A DNA stretch of 64,000 bases from Vulcanimicrobiaceae bacterium (GTDB lineage Bacteria; Vulcanimicrobiota; Vulcanimicrobiia; Vulcanimicrobiales; Vulcanimicrobiaceae), in contig JBARBD010000101.1 in assembly GCA_049792675.1 (NCBI GenBank), positions 1,091 through 65,090 on the forward strand, in the 5' to 3' direction. Position numbers and translations under genes: made by a program. Of the stretch, positions 49,959-60,800 are shown one piece after another (the first letter of the stretch is position 1; each line of letters opens with the position of its first letter). Under the pieces are notes generated by a model. It was given only the letters and a program-made list of their open reading frames with translations. It searched no databases and was not told the DNA's origin.

Positions 49959-49995
49959 CGCCGCGCGGGCCAGGGCCGGCGCGGCGGCGCCTTTT
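49959..49995 (+). terminator. Rho-independent terminator candidate
   Basis: GC-rich hairpin cgccgcgcgggcc/ggccggcgcggcg (one mismatch), then gcgcc and TTTT at 49992-49995. It starts 28 nt after the 49931 stop. Confidence 0.5.
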
Positions 49996-50055
49996 CCGGG
50001 GAATGGCCGCAGCCGGGGCCGAAGCGGTCCTAACCAACTTTGAAGGAGGAAAGCT

Positions 50056-50610
50056 ATGCTTCGGTACGGCGTTTTGGGGATGGCGGTAGTGCTGGCGGCC
50101 GTGGCGCTCACGGCACCCGCGCGAGCTCAACAAACGGGGACGATGTCGGACTCCGATTACGTCGCCAAGGTGATGACGGCCGCTCCGGCCGCGGTCGTGA
50201 AGGGCGCAACGATCGTCGAGATGCAGGCGGGTGGAACGATGCGCGTGCTTCAGACCGGAACGAATGGCTTTACGTGTCTGCTCCTCGATCCGACGACGCC
50301 GATGTGCGCCGATCAGAACGCGGTCGCCTGGATGCGGGCCTTGATGACGCACGCGACACCGCCGGACGGCGTAGGCTTCGTCTACATGCTTGCCGGTGAC
50401 GACGGCGCGAGCAATACGGATCCGTACGCGACGGCGCAGAGCTCGACCAACCATTGGGTGAAGACCGGCCCGCACGTCATGATCGTCGGCGCGTCGGTCA
50501 AGACGATGGGTTATCCGATGACCGTCGATCCCGATCCGAGCAAACCGTACGTGATGTGGCCGGCCACGCCGTACGCGCACATCATGATCCCGGTCGTCGT
50601 CCAGCCCTAA
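50056..50610 (+). CDS. Secreted protein of unknown function
   Basis: Signal peptide MLRYGVLGMAVVLAAVALTAPARA and GAAGGAGG upstream of the ATG. No family recognised. Confidence 0.6.
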   Translation: MLRYGVLGMAVVLAAVALTAPARAQQTGTMSDSDYVAKVMTAAPAAVVKGATIVEMQAGGTMRVLQTGTNGFTCLLLDPTTPMCADQNAVAWMRALMTHATPPDGVGFVYMLAGDDGASNTDPYATAQSSTNHWVKTGPHVMIVGASVKTMGYPMTVDPDPSKPYVMWPATPYAHIMIPVVVQP

Positions 50611-50638
50611 CGCGCGGCCGGACGAACCCGGCTACGCG

Positions 50639-51112
50639 CTACTCGTTCGTCGCCTTCATTGACGGATCGGGTATTCCGTCCGGACAGATCGTCGCTTGTA
50701 CGGTCGGCGAGACGTAATACGCGTGCAGGTCGTAATGCGGAATCGGGAGACCTGGGTGGCCGTTCGGCTCGTATTTGAAGTCAACGTGGTCGATCGTGTA
50801 GCCGGGGAGCGCGTGAAGGTCGGCGTAGCTGAAGCCACGCTGCAGCTGATCGACGCTTACCATGATCTCGGTGAAGACCGGTTTACCTTGCCACACGCCG
50901 TAGATCGGCCCGAGCGGCATGTCCTTTGGATTCCCCCAGTGCTCGCCCATCGTCGCGATGCAGGGCGAGAGCATGAGCGCGTCGGCCGGAATGCCGGCCG
51001 GATGGACCGCCGGCTGCGGCGGCAACATCGGCTGGGCCGGCTCGGCGGCGCGCAGCGCCCCCGTTCCCATAAACGCCAGGGCCATGACGAGCGCTGCGAA
51101 GATACGTATCAT
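50639..51112 (-). CDS. Secreted protein of unknown function
   Basis: ATG 51112 with AAGGAGAG upstream. Signal MIRIFAALVMALAFMGTGALRA. The start overlaps the stop of the upstream lipoprotein gene (ATGA). Confidence 0.6.
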   Translation of the reverse strand: MIRIFAALVMALAFMGTGALRAAEPAQPMLPPQPAVHPAGIPADALMLSPCIATMGEHWGNPKDMPLGPIYGVWQGKPVFTEIMVSVDQLQRGFSYADLHALPGYTIDHVDFKYEPNGHPGLPIPHYDLHAYYVSPTVQATICPDGIPDPSMKATNE

Positions 51113-52095
51113 CGACTCTCCTTGTGTTGGCTGGGCAAAGAGCTGACCGTCACGCCGTTGACCGACATGTGCCTGAGAATGAAATCGCGGAGCGTTTTGG
51201 TAGCGTTGCCGCCGGCGGGATAGTTCCAGAACCGCACGTTCTTGGGGCGCTTGCGTCCCGGAGCGTAGGGTATGACGATCGTCCCGCCGTCGATCCAAGA
51301 CTGGCCGGCTTTCAACCCGATCTCGTTGAACTTCACGGTGTTCACGACCGTCGCCGTCGATCCGGAGACGGAGATTTGGTAGACGGCGGGGTGAAAGCGC
51401 TCTTCGACCGTCACGTATTGACCGTCCCATTGAACCTGGCCGGGGTTGGTGACGCTCAAGTCGATCGCGACGTTTGCAAGCGTGCTCCCTCCGCTCGGAA
51501 GTTCGGCGAACCCGAACTTCCCGGCGGCCTCACCGTCGACGAAGAGGTTGCCGGCGTTATCGTAGCCGCAGTAGAGTATCGATAGCCCGGGGTCCTCGAA
51601 CGTTACCGGCGGTTTGGTCGGCCCGCTGAAGACGGCGACCTCTTGACCGCACGAGGCAAAGCACGAGACGACGACGGCGAGATTCCCGGTCGTCGGATCG
51701 AACGAACAGGCCGTCGCCGTGCCCGGAACGCTAAAACTTGCGATCGGACTCGTGCCGCCGTGCGCGTATTCAGTGACGTTCGATGTGCGCGTCAAATAGA
51801 CGTTGCCGCTGTTGTCCGAGCACGTCCCGGACGAGCCGGCGGCGATGCCGCCGACGTATTCGCCGTCGGGATAGGAGAAGATCCACGACTCGCTGCTCCC
51901 GCCGATATAGAGCAGGTCGCCGCTCGCGGCACCGGGCTTGATCCACGAACGCCCGTGGCCGGCGGCCTGCGCGGCCGCGCCGGCTAGCGCGCTCGTACCC
52001 GGTTGGGTTGGCGCGGGCGGCGCTCCGCCGCAACCGGCAAGCAATGCAAGCATCCAAACGATGGCTACAGACCGGCCGTAACGCGAGATCTTCAT
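51109..52095 (-). CDS. Beta-propeller-like lipoprotein, paralog family member
   Basis: Lipobox LLAGCGG. Shares VTEYAHGGTSPIA, LYCGYDNAGNLFVDG, VQWDGQYV and FWNYPAGGNATKTL with the divergent neighbour. Confidence 0.7.
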   Translation of the reverse strand: MKISRYGRSVAIVWMLALLAGCGGAPPAPTQPGTSALAGAAAQAAGHGRSWIKPGAASGDLLYIGGSSESWIFSYPDGEYVGGIAAGSSGTCSDNSGNVYLTRTSNVTEYAHGGTSPIASFSVPGTATACSFDPTTGNLAVVVSCFASCGQEVAVFSGPTKPPVTFEDPGLSILYCGYDNAGNLFVDGEAAGKFGFAELPSGGSTLANVAIDLSVTNPGQVQWDGQYVTVEERFHPAVYQISVSGSTATVVNTVKFNEIGLKAGQSWIDGGTIVIPYAPGRKRPKNVRFWNYPAGGNATKTLRDFILRHMSVNGVTVSSLPSQHKESR

Positions 52096-52187
52096 GGCGG
52101 CTAGTTCGGCCCGCGCGGGTCCGTTCCATCCGCTAGCCCGCTCGATGCTGCAGGCCGGGGCCGTCGGCTCGGCGATACGCTAGACCG

Positions 52188-53144
52188 ATGAAGATGTCGA
52201 CGCTTTGCCGCGACGCGCTTAGCGTGTTGAGCGCATTCGCGATCCTGGCCGCCTGCGGCGGAACGCAGCTGCCGCCGGCGCCGCGCGACAACGCCGCGCC
52301 GGCGCGGTCGTGGAGCGAACCGCAGGCAAGCGGCGCGGATATTCTCTACATCTCCGACGTCGGGACCAACGACGTTTACCTGTACTCTTACCCCGGCGGC
52401 GCGCTGATGGGAACGCTTACCGGCTTCGACGCTCCGGGGCATCTCTGCTCGGATCGCAACGGAGACGTCTTCGTCACCAACACGAACGCGCAGCAGATCG
52501 TGGAATACGAGCACGGCGCATCCACGCCGAAGGCGACGCTGTCGGATCGGCACGAGCTGCCGGTGGATTGCGCGGTCGACGGCGTGACCGGAGACCTCGC
52601 CGTCACGAACTACGGCCCGTCGGGTTCTAACCGTGGAAACGTCGCGATCTATCCGGGCGCGAGCGGCAAGCCGAAGCTCTACGCCGACCGGCAGATACTC
52701 GCATACCTCTACTGCGCCTACGACCGCAAGGGCGATCTCTTCGTCGACGGTCTCACGTACAAGTACGACTTCGCGCTCGTCGAGCTTCCGAAAGGGAAGC
52801 GCAAGTTCGAGAGGATTACGCTCCCTCAAAAATTCACCGGGTGGGGCGGCGTCCAATGGAACGGCAACCGGCTCGCGATCGGCAACGGCGCCGCGACGAT
52901 CTACGAGTTCGCGATCAAAGGGAAGGTGGCCAAGGAGGTGGGCTCGACCTCGCTTGGCGGAGCTGCGAACGTGGTCCAGTTCTGGATCGGCGGCGGGAAG
53001 ATCGTCGGTCCCGACGGCCCCGACGGCGGGAACAAGGACGTCGGGATTTGGAGCTATCCCGCGGGCGGCCAACCGACGCAGACGATCGCCGGCCCGTTCG
53101 AAGATCCGAGCGGCGCGACCGTCAGCCGCGCTTCGTCACCGTAA
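52188..53144 (+). CDS. Beta-propeller-like lipoprotein, paralog family member
   Basis: Lipobox ILAACGG. Has IVEYEHGASTPKA, LYCAYDRKGDLFVDG, VQWNGNRL and IWSYPAGGQPTQTI. Confidence 0.7.
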   Translation: MKMSTLCRDALSVLSAFAILAACGGTQLPPAPRDNAAPARSWSEPQASGADILYISDVGTNDVYLYSYPGGALMGTLTGFDAPGHLCSDRNGDVFVTNTNAQQIVEYEHGASTPKATLSDRHELPVDCAVDGVTGDLAVTNYGPSGSNRGNVAIYPGASGKPKLYADRQILAYLYCAYDRKGDLFVDGLTYKYDFALVELPKGKRKFERITLPQKFTGWGGVQWNGNRLAIGNGAATIYEFAIKGKVAKEVGSTSLGGAANVVQFWIGGGKIVGPDGPDGGNKDVGIWSYPAGGQPTQTIAGPFEDPSGATVSRASSP

Positions 53145-53205
53145 AGATGGCGCGGGCCCGCCGAAGCGAGCCCGCTGCCGCTCGTCGCCCGGATACGAGG
53201 GGCTC

Positions 53206-54990
53206 CTAGTCGCCTGCGATGCGGCGGGCTTCGGTCCTGCGCATCGCCGAGGGTGAGAGCACGTCGGGTTTGTAGTCCGGCGGCTGCGTCGGGATGGCCA
53301 GCGGATGGATGCGCAGCGACTTGCAGTTCATCGGCGCGGGGAACTGGCTGATCGCGATCCCCGGAACCTCCGCGAGGCTGGCCGGATTCGGCTGCGCCGA
53401 TCCGTCGAGCTTGGAGAGGTCGAACGCTCCTGCGAGATCGGAAATTGCGCTCTCGCCGTCGCGCGGTCCGTACGGCGCGACCGACGCCTCGTCGGGGAGC
53501 GACGCCATCGTCGGCACGCCGAAGGTCGTTTCGACGAACTTCGCAACCGAGGCCGTATCGCTATAATCGTTCACGACCGCTCCCGAGAGCGAATACGGAG
53601 AGATCACGATGAACGGCAGGCGCTGACCGTCGCCGCACGGGAAGCCGTCGTTGCAGTTTTCGAACGCCGTCGGCGTCACGTGGTCGTAGAACCCCCCGCC
53701 GTCGTCCCACGTGATGAAGATCGCCGAGTCCTTCCAGTACTTGCTCTGCGCGATCGCGTTGACGTACGTCGCGACGAACGCCTCGGCGACTGCGGCATCG
53801 GAGTTTCCGGAACCCGGATGGTCGTCGTCGCCCAAGTAGCCTTTTTGGATCGCCGGCTTCTTGTTGGCAGGGAGCCACCCGAAGTGGTTATCCTTCGATC
53901 CCTTGATGAAGAAGATGCCGCTCTCGGGAAGCGTCCCGTTCACGATCTCCTTGAGCGTCCTCTCGGTCGTGCCGACGTGCGACCAGTAGGTGAAGTTATT
54001 GCGCACGTAGTCGAAATATTGCGGCGCGTTGTGGTGCGCGACGTAGCCGGGTTGCGCGCTGCCGCTCGCGCGGCTGTCCACGTAGCCCTCCTGGGCCCAC
54101 TCCCACGGGATCGCCGCCTGGCCCGACGAGGCCATCGCCGCGAGGTCGTCGGCGACCTTACCGGGGCGCGCCTGCGCCTTTTGCGCCTCGTCGGCCCCGC
54201 CCAGCGTCAGCGCGAGCGATGCGTAGCTCTGCTTCATCTGGACGGTGGAATCGGTGCCGGTGTACGGACCGGCGAACGGGTCGAGGTCGCCGTTGATCGG
54301 CACGCCCGGGCCTTCGCTTTGGTTGCTCCCGTCTTTCGGGAAGCGCTTCTCCTCGGAGATGCCGGCCTGCCCCGCGAACATCGCTACGTTCGCGGGCGAC
54401 GACGGGCCGGTTTCCGACTGGAAGTAGTGGTCGAGCAACGCGAAGTTCTTCGCGTACATCCAGAGATACGGGATCGTATCGCAGTCGTAGATCGCCATCG
54501 TCGTCAGGCCGTACTGGCGCGCGACTCTGCGCGACGCGCCATAGTTCTTGACGTTGTCACGTTCTTCGCCTGAGAGGAAGTTGTCCATTTTGCCGCCGGC
54601 AAACTTTTTCTCGAGCACGTAGCGGTCCTGATCCGGCCCGAGGATGTCGGGATTCGTGATCTTGAAGACCGTCTGCATCCTCTTTGCGATTTCGTCGTAC
54701 TGCGAGTAGCCGTGCGTTTTTGCGAGTTTCGTACCGAGATTTTCGGCACCGGGAAAGGTCCCGAAATAGTTATCGAACGAGTGGTTCTCTTGGAAAATAA
54801 CGAACACGTGCTTGATCTTGGCGTGCAGGCGATGTACGAGTAACGCGTGCGATTGAGGCCCCAGCCTCGACAGCTCCAGCGTTCCGTACGTCGAGCTCGG
54901 GACGAGAGACGACGCTCCGTTACAGCCCGATAGCGTAACGCAAGCGAACGCCGCCGTCGTGAACGAAGCGGTGAGACGTTGAAGAATCAT
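53206..54990 (-). CDS. Phosphoesterase family protein (phospholipase C / acid phosphatase AcpA-like) lipoprotein
   Basis: Lipobox TLSGC. HVFVIFQENHSFDNYFGTFPGAEN is the hallmark N-terminal motif of the phosphoesterase family. Also ITWDDGGGFYDHV. Confidence 0.8.
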   Translation of the reverse strand: MILQRLTASFTTAAFACVTLSGCNGASSLVPSSTYGTLELSRLGPQSHALLVHRLHAKIKHVFVIFQENHSFDNYFGTFPGAENLGTKLAKTHGYSQYDEIAKRMQTVFKITNPDILGPDQDRYVLEKKFAGGKMDNFLSGEERDNVKNYGASRRVARQYGLTTMAIYDCDTIPYLWMYAKNFALLDHYFQSETGPSSPANVAMFAGQAGISEEKRFPKDGSNQSEGPGVPINGDLDPFAGPYTGTDSTVQMKQSYASLALTLGGADEAQKAQARPGKVADDLAAMASSGQAAIPWEWAQEGYVDSRASGSAQPGYVAHHNAPQYFDYVRNNFTYWSHVGTTERTLKEIVNGTLPESGIFFIKGSKDNHFGWLPANKKPAIQKGYLGDDDHPGSGNSDAAVAEAFVATYVNAIAQSKYWKDSAIFITWDDGGGFYDHVTPTAFENCNDGFPCGDGQRLPFIVISPYSLSGAVVNDYSDTASVAKFVETTFGVPTMASLPDEASVAPYGPRDGESAISDLAGAFDLSKLDGSAQPNPASLAEVPGIAISQFPAPMNCKSLRIHPLAIPTQPPDYKPDVLSPSAMRRTEARRIAGD

Positions 54991-55228
54991 CGTTGTGCTC
55001 CATGCCGTTGCGAGTGCGAAAAGTGGGACTAGCGCGCTTTTCGACGACGCGCCGGCGCCGGCTCGTTAACGAATTCTAAAATTAGTGAAGGGCGATTTAT
55101 CGAACGTGGTGGCTTGCGCACGACCGGCGGGGCGGCCGGGTCGCGAGATGGGCCGGCCGGCCGCCGGGAATTTCAGACTTTTTTTACCGGGTTGGCCTAT
55201 AGTGCGGGCAAAGGCTCAAGGAGGTTCC

Positions 55229-55870
55229 ATGTTCAAGAATTTGATCGCACCAAGCGCCGTCGTGGCCGGCCTGGCTTTGGCGGCTTGCGGCGGGCACGCC
55301 GCCGGCGGCAACGTGATGCCGATGGCAGGCAACTCGGTCGCGCTGCCGGCCCCCGCTCACGACATGCTGATGTACGCGACCATGCCGAAGGCTACGATCG
55401 GTGAGGAGCTCCCCAAAGAGGGGCTCGGCGTCGTCAAGTCGGCGAAGTGGAAGGCGACGATGGCTGGATACACCCAGCAGCGCTACTCGCAGTCGCTGGG
55501 GTTCCCGCCTGGAACGAAGATCACGATCCGCAACCTCTCGGGCAACGTCACGCACACCCTGGACGTGGTCAAGGAGATCTCCGGACCGCCTGCCGTCTAT
55601 CCTAAAGGCGTGAAGCTGCCGGTCGAAAAGCGCGGCAGCGGTAAGCTCGAGGCCGGATTCGCCAGCGGGCCGATCAAGCCGGGGCACTCGGTGACGATAA
55701 CGCTCGGGAAAGCAGGCATCTACCTGATTGGCTGCGCCTTCCACTACGGCGACGGGATGCACGACGTAATCGTCATTGCCCCGCACGCAGCGCCGGGGCC
55801 GCAGGCCACCGCGCCGCCGGGCGGCGGCGGAGGCGGCGGGAGCGGCAGCGGTAGCGGCAGCGGCTGGTAA
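55229..55870 (+). CDS. Cupredoxin (type-1 copper) lipoprotein with a Gly/Ser tail
   Basis: Lipobox LALAACGG. Copper-ligand pattern NVTHTLD ... GCAFHYGDGMH (Cx2Hx4M). C-terminal PPGGGGGGGSGSGSGSGW. Confidence 0.7.
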   Translation: MFKNLIAPSAVVAGLALAACGGHAAGGNVMPMAGNSVALPAPAHDMLMYATMPKATIGEELPKEGLGVVKSAKWKATMAGYTQQRYSQSLGFPPGTKITIRNLSGNVTHTLDVVKEISGPPAVYPKGVKLPVEKRGSGKLEAGFASGPIKPGHSVTITLGKAGIYLIGCAFHYGDGMHDVIVIAPHAAPGPQATAPPGGGGGGGSGSGSGSGW

Positions 55871-55892
55871 GTAACGGCGCTCCCCGGTCGCC

Positions 55893-56198
55893 CTATCTGC
55901 CTGGTGGGGCGATCGGTGCGGGCGTGTCGCGCGGCGGCGCGTGCAGGAACGACATCGAGAAGTACGCGCCGATCCACGATCCGAGCGCGGCGAAGACGAC
56001 GTAACGCCAGTCGCGCGTATAGGTGATGACGGCGAACGACGAGAGCAAGTACCAGGTGCTGCTCCACGTCGCGGCCGAGATGCGCCGCCTGCTCGAGACC
56101 GCCGCCGTAAAGAAGACGTAGACGGCGTCGGTCGCCGCGGTGCTGGCGACGACGCCGACCACCAGCAGCGGGTGAAGCTCCATGATGTGCTGCAACAT
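55893..56198 (-). CDS. Small membrane protein (about 3 TM) of unknown function
   Basis: 101 aa with hydrophobic segments. Lies 27 nt downstream of the flavoprotein gene on the same strand. Confidence 0.5.
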   Translation of the reverse strand: MLQHIMELHPLLVVGVVASTAATDAVYVFFTAAVSSRRRISAATWSSTWYLLSSFAVITYTRDWRYVVFAALGSWIGAYFSMSFLHAPPRDTPAPIAPPGR

Positions 56199-56225
56199 GG
56201 AGGCTCTCTTGCGAGAAGGGCGGCG

Positions 56226-57818
56226 TTATCTCCCGCGGAGCATGACGCGCGCCGCGTTCCAACCCGCGGCGCCCATCACGCCGCCTCCCGGGTGCGCGGC
56301 CGCACCGCAGAGGTAGAGCCCTTTAATCGGGGTTGCATAGCTCGCGAATCCCGCGACCGGCCGAAACGCGAAGAGCTGGTGGAGCGGCATCGCACCCTGA
56401 AAGATGCTTCCTCCGGTTAAGCCGAAGGTCGCCTCGAGATCCACCGGCGTGAGAATCTGCCGGTCGATTACCGACGCCTTGAATCCCGGCGCGTATTGCT
56501 CGACGACGTCGAAGCATCGGTCGGCATACTCGTTACGCAACGCATCGGTCCACGGCCCGGCGTTGAGACGATATGGGGCGTACTGCGTGAACATCGACAT
56601 CAAATGCTTCCCGGGCGGCGCGACGGTCGGATCGAGCGAGGACGGCATCGTGCACTCGACGACCGGTTCCCGCGAGAAGTCGCCGTACTTCGCGTCGTCG
56701 TAAGCGCGTTCGATGAAGTCCTGGTCCGGGCAGAGATGCACGGTGCCAAAATGCTGCGGCCCCGGCTCGTGGCCCGGGAGCGCGGTAAAGCTCGGCAGGC
56801 GCTCGAGCGCGACGTTAATCTTGCACGAGGCGCTGCTGTACGAGATTCGCGCGACCGCGTCGCGGAATGCGGGAGGAAGTTCGGCGCCGTCGAGGAGCTT
56901 CTCGAAGGTGACGTGGCAGTCGACGCCGCTCGCGACGCGCTTGGCGCGGAGCTCGTCACCGTTGGCGAGCGCGACGCCGGCGACCCGGTGCCCGCGCGTC
57001 AGAATCTTCGCGACCTCGGCCTCGGTACGGATCTCGACGCCGAGCTCCGTAGCCGCCTTGGCGAGCGCCTGCGTGAGCCCGCCCATGCCGCCGCGCACGT
57101 AGCTCCAGACGCCGCGCTTGCCGTTGGTCTCGCCCATCACGTGATGGAACAGGACGTAAGCGGTGCCGGGCATGGACGGCGCCATGAACGCGCCGATGAT
57201 CGCGTCGGTCGCAATCGTGCCCTTCAGCTCCTCCGACTCGAACCAACGGTCGAGAATCGGACGGGCCGCGCCGGTAAGCACTTCGATCGCTTCGCCCATG
57301 CCGGGCCCGAGTCGTTGGAGCGCGCGCCCCATCTTGCCGGCTTCCAGCATCGCGCCGAGGCTAGGGTGAATCAGATCCGGCGGGATCTGCGTGAGCGTCG
57401 GCTCGACGACCGACGCGACTCGTTCGAGCATCGCTTCGTATTTCGGATAGTTCTCCGCATCGCGCTTGCTGAACTTGGCGATCTCTGCGACGTCCTTCGA
57501 GCTGCCCGTGCCGAGCATCAAGTAGCGTCCGTCGAGGAACGGTGAGAACGAGGCCGGGTTGCGCTCGATCGCCTCGAAGCCGTACTCTTGCAACCGCAGA
57601 TCGGCGATGATCTCCGGGCGGAAGAGGCTGTTGACGTACGCAGCCGTCGAGACCTTGAAGCCGGGGAAGATCTCTTCGGTCACGCACGCGCCGCCGACCA
57701 CGTAGCGGCGCTCGAGCACGAGCACCTTCCACCGGGCGCGGGCCAGGTAGCATGCCGCGACGAGGCCGTTGTGGCCGCCGCCGACGATAATCGCGTCGTA
57801 CGTATCCGATGCCGCCAT
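56226..57818 (-). CDS. NAD(P)/FAD-dependent oxidoreductase, phytoene desaturase (CrtI)-like family
   Basis: YDAIIVGGGHNGLVAACYLA dinucleotide-binding motif. 530 aa. C-terminal GLYLCGAAAHPGGGVMG. Confidence 0.8.
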   Translation of the reverse strand: MAASDTYDAIIVGGGHNGLVAACYLARARWKVLVLERRYVVGGACVTEEIFPGFKVSTAAYVNSLFRPEIIADLRLQEYGFEAIERNPASFSPFLDGRYLMLGTGSSKDVAEIAKFSKRDAENYPKYEAMLERVASVVEPTLTQIPPDLIHPSLGAMLEAGKMGRALQRLGPGMGEAIEVLTGAARPILDRWFESEELKGTIATDAIIGAFMAPSMPGTAYVLFHHVMGETNGKRGVWSYVRGGMGGLTQALAKAATELGVEIRTEAEVAKILTRGHRVAGVALANGDELRAKRVASGVDCHVTFEKLLDGAELPPAFRDAVARISYSSASCKINVALERLPSFTALPGHEPGPQHFGTVHLCPDQDFIERAYDDAKYGDFSREPVVECTMPSSLDPTVAPPGKHLMSMFTQYAPYRLNAGPWTDALRNEYADRCFDVVEQYAPGFKASVIDRQILTPVDLEATFGLTGGSIFQGAMPLHQLFAFRPVAGFASYATPIKGLYLCGAAAHPGGGVMGAAGWNAARVMLRGR

Positions 57819-57820
57819 CG

Positions 57821-60800
57821 TTAAATCTTCACCCTCAAGCTCAGGTAAGCGTTGAACGGCTCGCTCAGCGAGCTCGTTTGGTCGTTATAGGTTCCGAAGT
57901 ACGGTTCGTAGGGATATTTCAGGAAGGTCTGGACGTTTGAGCCGGGATTGTACGCGTTGCCGACCGGCGGCGAACTCGGCCCGCCGATCAGGTTGGTATA
58001 CGCGCAGGTCTGGCTGTTCCAGAAGTACGTGAACGCTGTCCGTTGCCCGCCGAAGCAGGTCTGCAGCAGGTTTGCCAGCGTGACCGTCAGGCTGACGCGC
58101 GGTGAGACGTCGTAGCCGATCTGCAGGTGTCCGAGCAGTTGTGCCGGCTCGCGGAACGCGCCGATGCCGTCGAACTGCCCCGTATACGGATCGGGTATCG
58201 AAAGCGTCGCGGCACAGCTCGGATTGTTGGCGTCGAACGGCCGGCCGCCGGCTGCGCCGTATGGATACCGCGGATCGCCCGCGATTGGAGAGATCAACGG
58301 CTTGCCGCATCCCAGCGCCGGATCGATTCCCGGCGTGGTGAGCGGTGCGCCGTACCGATTGCCGGCGACGTACTGCAGCGAGGGCGTCACGGCGAGCCGG
58401 TTGTGTTTGTAGTTGAGCAGCAGCGTCGCGACGTACGGAAAGTTGAACGCGTTGACGCCCGAGCCGACGCCGCCGGGGAATATAGAGAAGGGCAGGTAGG
58501 CGGCGGTCGGGTCCAAGAGCGAGTACGCCGGCGAGCGCCAGTACGGGTTCGCGACGGCGTTCGGGCCTTTGCACGACGGGTCGGGCTGCCCGCCCGGAGC
58601 GTAGCAGGCCGCGGCGGACTTTCCGTTGCTGGTATATCCGCAGAGCGGCTCCCCGAACTCGGCCTTGCCGTACGCGCTGCCGCCGGGTGCGCAGGCTTTG
58701 GTATAAGCGTTGTATTGCGAGATCCCCGAGTTGATCGGCGAGAGGACGGTCGTGCCGTTGGGGAGCGTGCCGTACTTGACGGTCGCGTAGGTGTATGCGA
58801 ATGAGAGCTGTCCTGAGAATCCGTTGCGGCTGAAATCGCCTTTGTCGAACTGAAACTCGAAACCGCTGGACGTCTGGTACCCCGCGTTGAGCCCCGAAGT
58901 GATGCCGGCCGTGTAGTTGATATAGAAGTTCTCGACCTGGTCCTGCGTCTGCCGCAAGAACGGCGTGAGCTTGTACGACATGTCGGTGCCGTGGATGCGC
59001 TGCTCGATGGAGAAGTCGCTGTTGTAGGAGACCGACGGCGCGACGGCGTGTCCGGGGCTGGTGAAGCCGAGCGGATAGAACTGCGCGAGCGTGTCGGGCA
59101 GGTTCTGCTCGAGCGAGTTGTATTGCTCGTAGGCGGCGCTCGGCTGTTCGTTATATCGCCCGTAGCTCGCGCGCAGCACCGTATCGGGGTTCACGGTATA
59201 GGTCACGCCGACTCGAGGCTGCGGGATGTTGTAATCGAAGCGTCCGGGCGTGTTCTGGAGGTTCGCGTTGGTGTATTGCCGGCCGAATGCCGAGCAGGAC
59301 TTCTGCGAGTTGGTGCTCCAGTTCGAGCCGACGAGCGCGCTGCGATCGACCAGCGTGAGCGTTGCCGTGTCGTAGCACGTGTCCTGGTTGAAGGCGTTGA
59401 ACCAGAAGTCTCGAGCCGGGCCGGTCTGGGTATTCGCCCCGACGTAACTGTAGTTGTCGACGCGGATGCCGGCGTTGACAAACAGGCGATCGTTGGGGCG
59501 CCACTGGTCGGTGATCGAGTAGCCGGAAAAGTAGGGGGTGACCGTATTGTTCAGCCCGTACGCGCCGTTCTCGACGACGTAGTAGGCACACGGCCCGTTC
59601 CCGCAGGTCAAGCCGCCGACGTCCGACCGGCTGCCCTGAGGGTTGGTGAGTTTCAGGAAGCTCGGGAGCAGCCCGTAGGCGACGCCGCCGCCCTGTCCGT
59701 CGGCACACGTCGTCGGCGTGGCGTGCGGGTCGCCGTTGCCTAGGAAATAGTGGTAGCAGGTTCCGCTTAGCGGGTCGTTGCGGTTGACCAGCACCGCGAA
59801 CGCGTTGCCGTACGCGAGGCCGTACTGGAACATCTGCTCGTTGTAGATGCGCGCCCCGGTCGAGGTCGTGTAGCTGGCTTCGGCCTCGAGCAGGTTCTGC
59901 GGGTTGAGCTGGGCGGTAAAGCTCGCGCTGACGCCCCGCGTGTGGTTGTTGATCTCGTAGTCGCCCGAGTCGTAGTAGGCGTAAGGCTGGAGCGACATCA
60001 TCGGCCCGTTCTCGATCCAATCCGAGTAGTACGTGTAACCATAGACGCGCAGGAAGGCGCTGGAGTTGAAGTTCTTTTGGTACTGCAGCTTGACGATCGA
60101 CTGGCCGTTGTAGCCGCGGTCGCGCTGGTTGTACGGATCGGGGATCGGCCCGAAGAGCGGGTGCGACGGCGACGAAGGATAGAGATACGGCGTCACCAGC
60201 GAGGCGTAGTTGGAGGGCACGAACGTCCCGATCCGGCCGCGATACTGAAACGCATCGAGGTAATACGGCGGAAACGTCCCGACCGTGTTGATCCAATTAT
60301 CGTACCCTTCGTCGTTGACCGAGCTGAGGAAGGTCGTAAAGATCTCGTCGTTATCGTAGAGCAGCTGCACGTCGTCGCGGAGGCCGTCGTGCTTGTGCGG
60401 AATCGCGATGTGAAAGTTGGCGATCGCCGTACGCGTCGCGACGTTGGCGGCGTCGATCGTTCCGAATCCGATCGGGCCGAGGATCCATCCGGGGGTGCCG
60501 TTTGGGCCGACGTTGGGCCTGCCGTTGGTATAGCACGACGGCAGCGTCGTTGCCGAAAGCGCGCTCGGCGCGGGGCAAGCTCCGAGCTGTTGACCGAATT
60601 CGGGCGCGTAGGACGCGCCGCCGAACTGACTGACGTAGCGATAATCTTGGTTGTATCCGCCGAGCCCGACGTAGTAGGAGAAGCCGCGATCGGGGGTCGC
60701 GCCGCCGACTTCGAGATTGGCGCTGTGATAAAAGATCGGCGTGCCGAGACTCACGTTAGCCGTTCCGTAGCCGGGAGAGGTTCCGGTCTTGATCACCTGG

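Noticed and set aside
55813-55868. GGC/AGC-rich short tandem repeats (also the CCG-rich tract at 33850-33930) as possible microsatellite or CRISPR-like repeats.
   Set aside because: They are in-frame low-complexity coding segments (a Gly/Ser tail and a Pro linker). There is no repeat-spacer periodicity.
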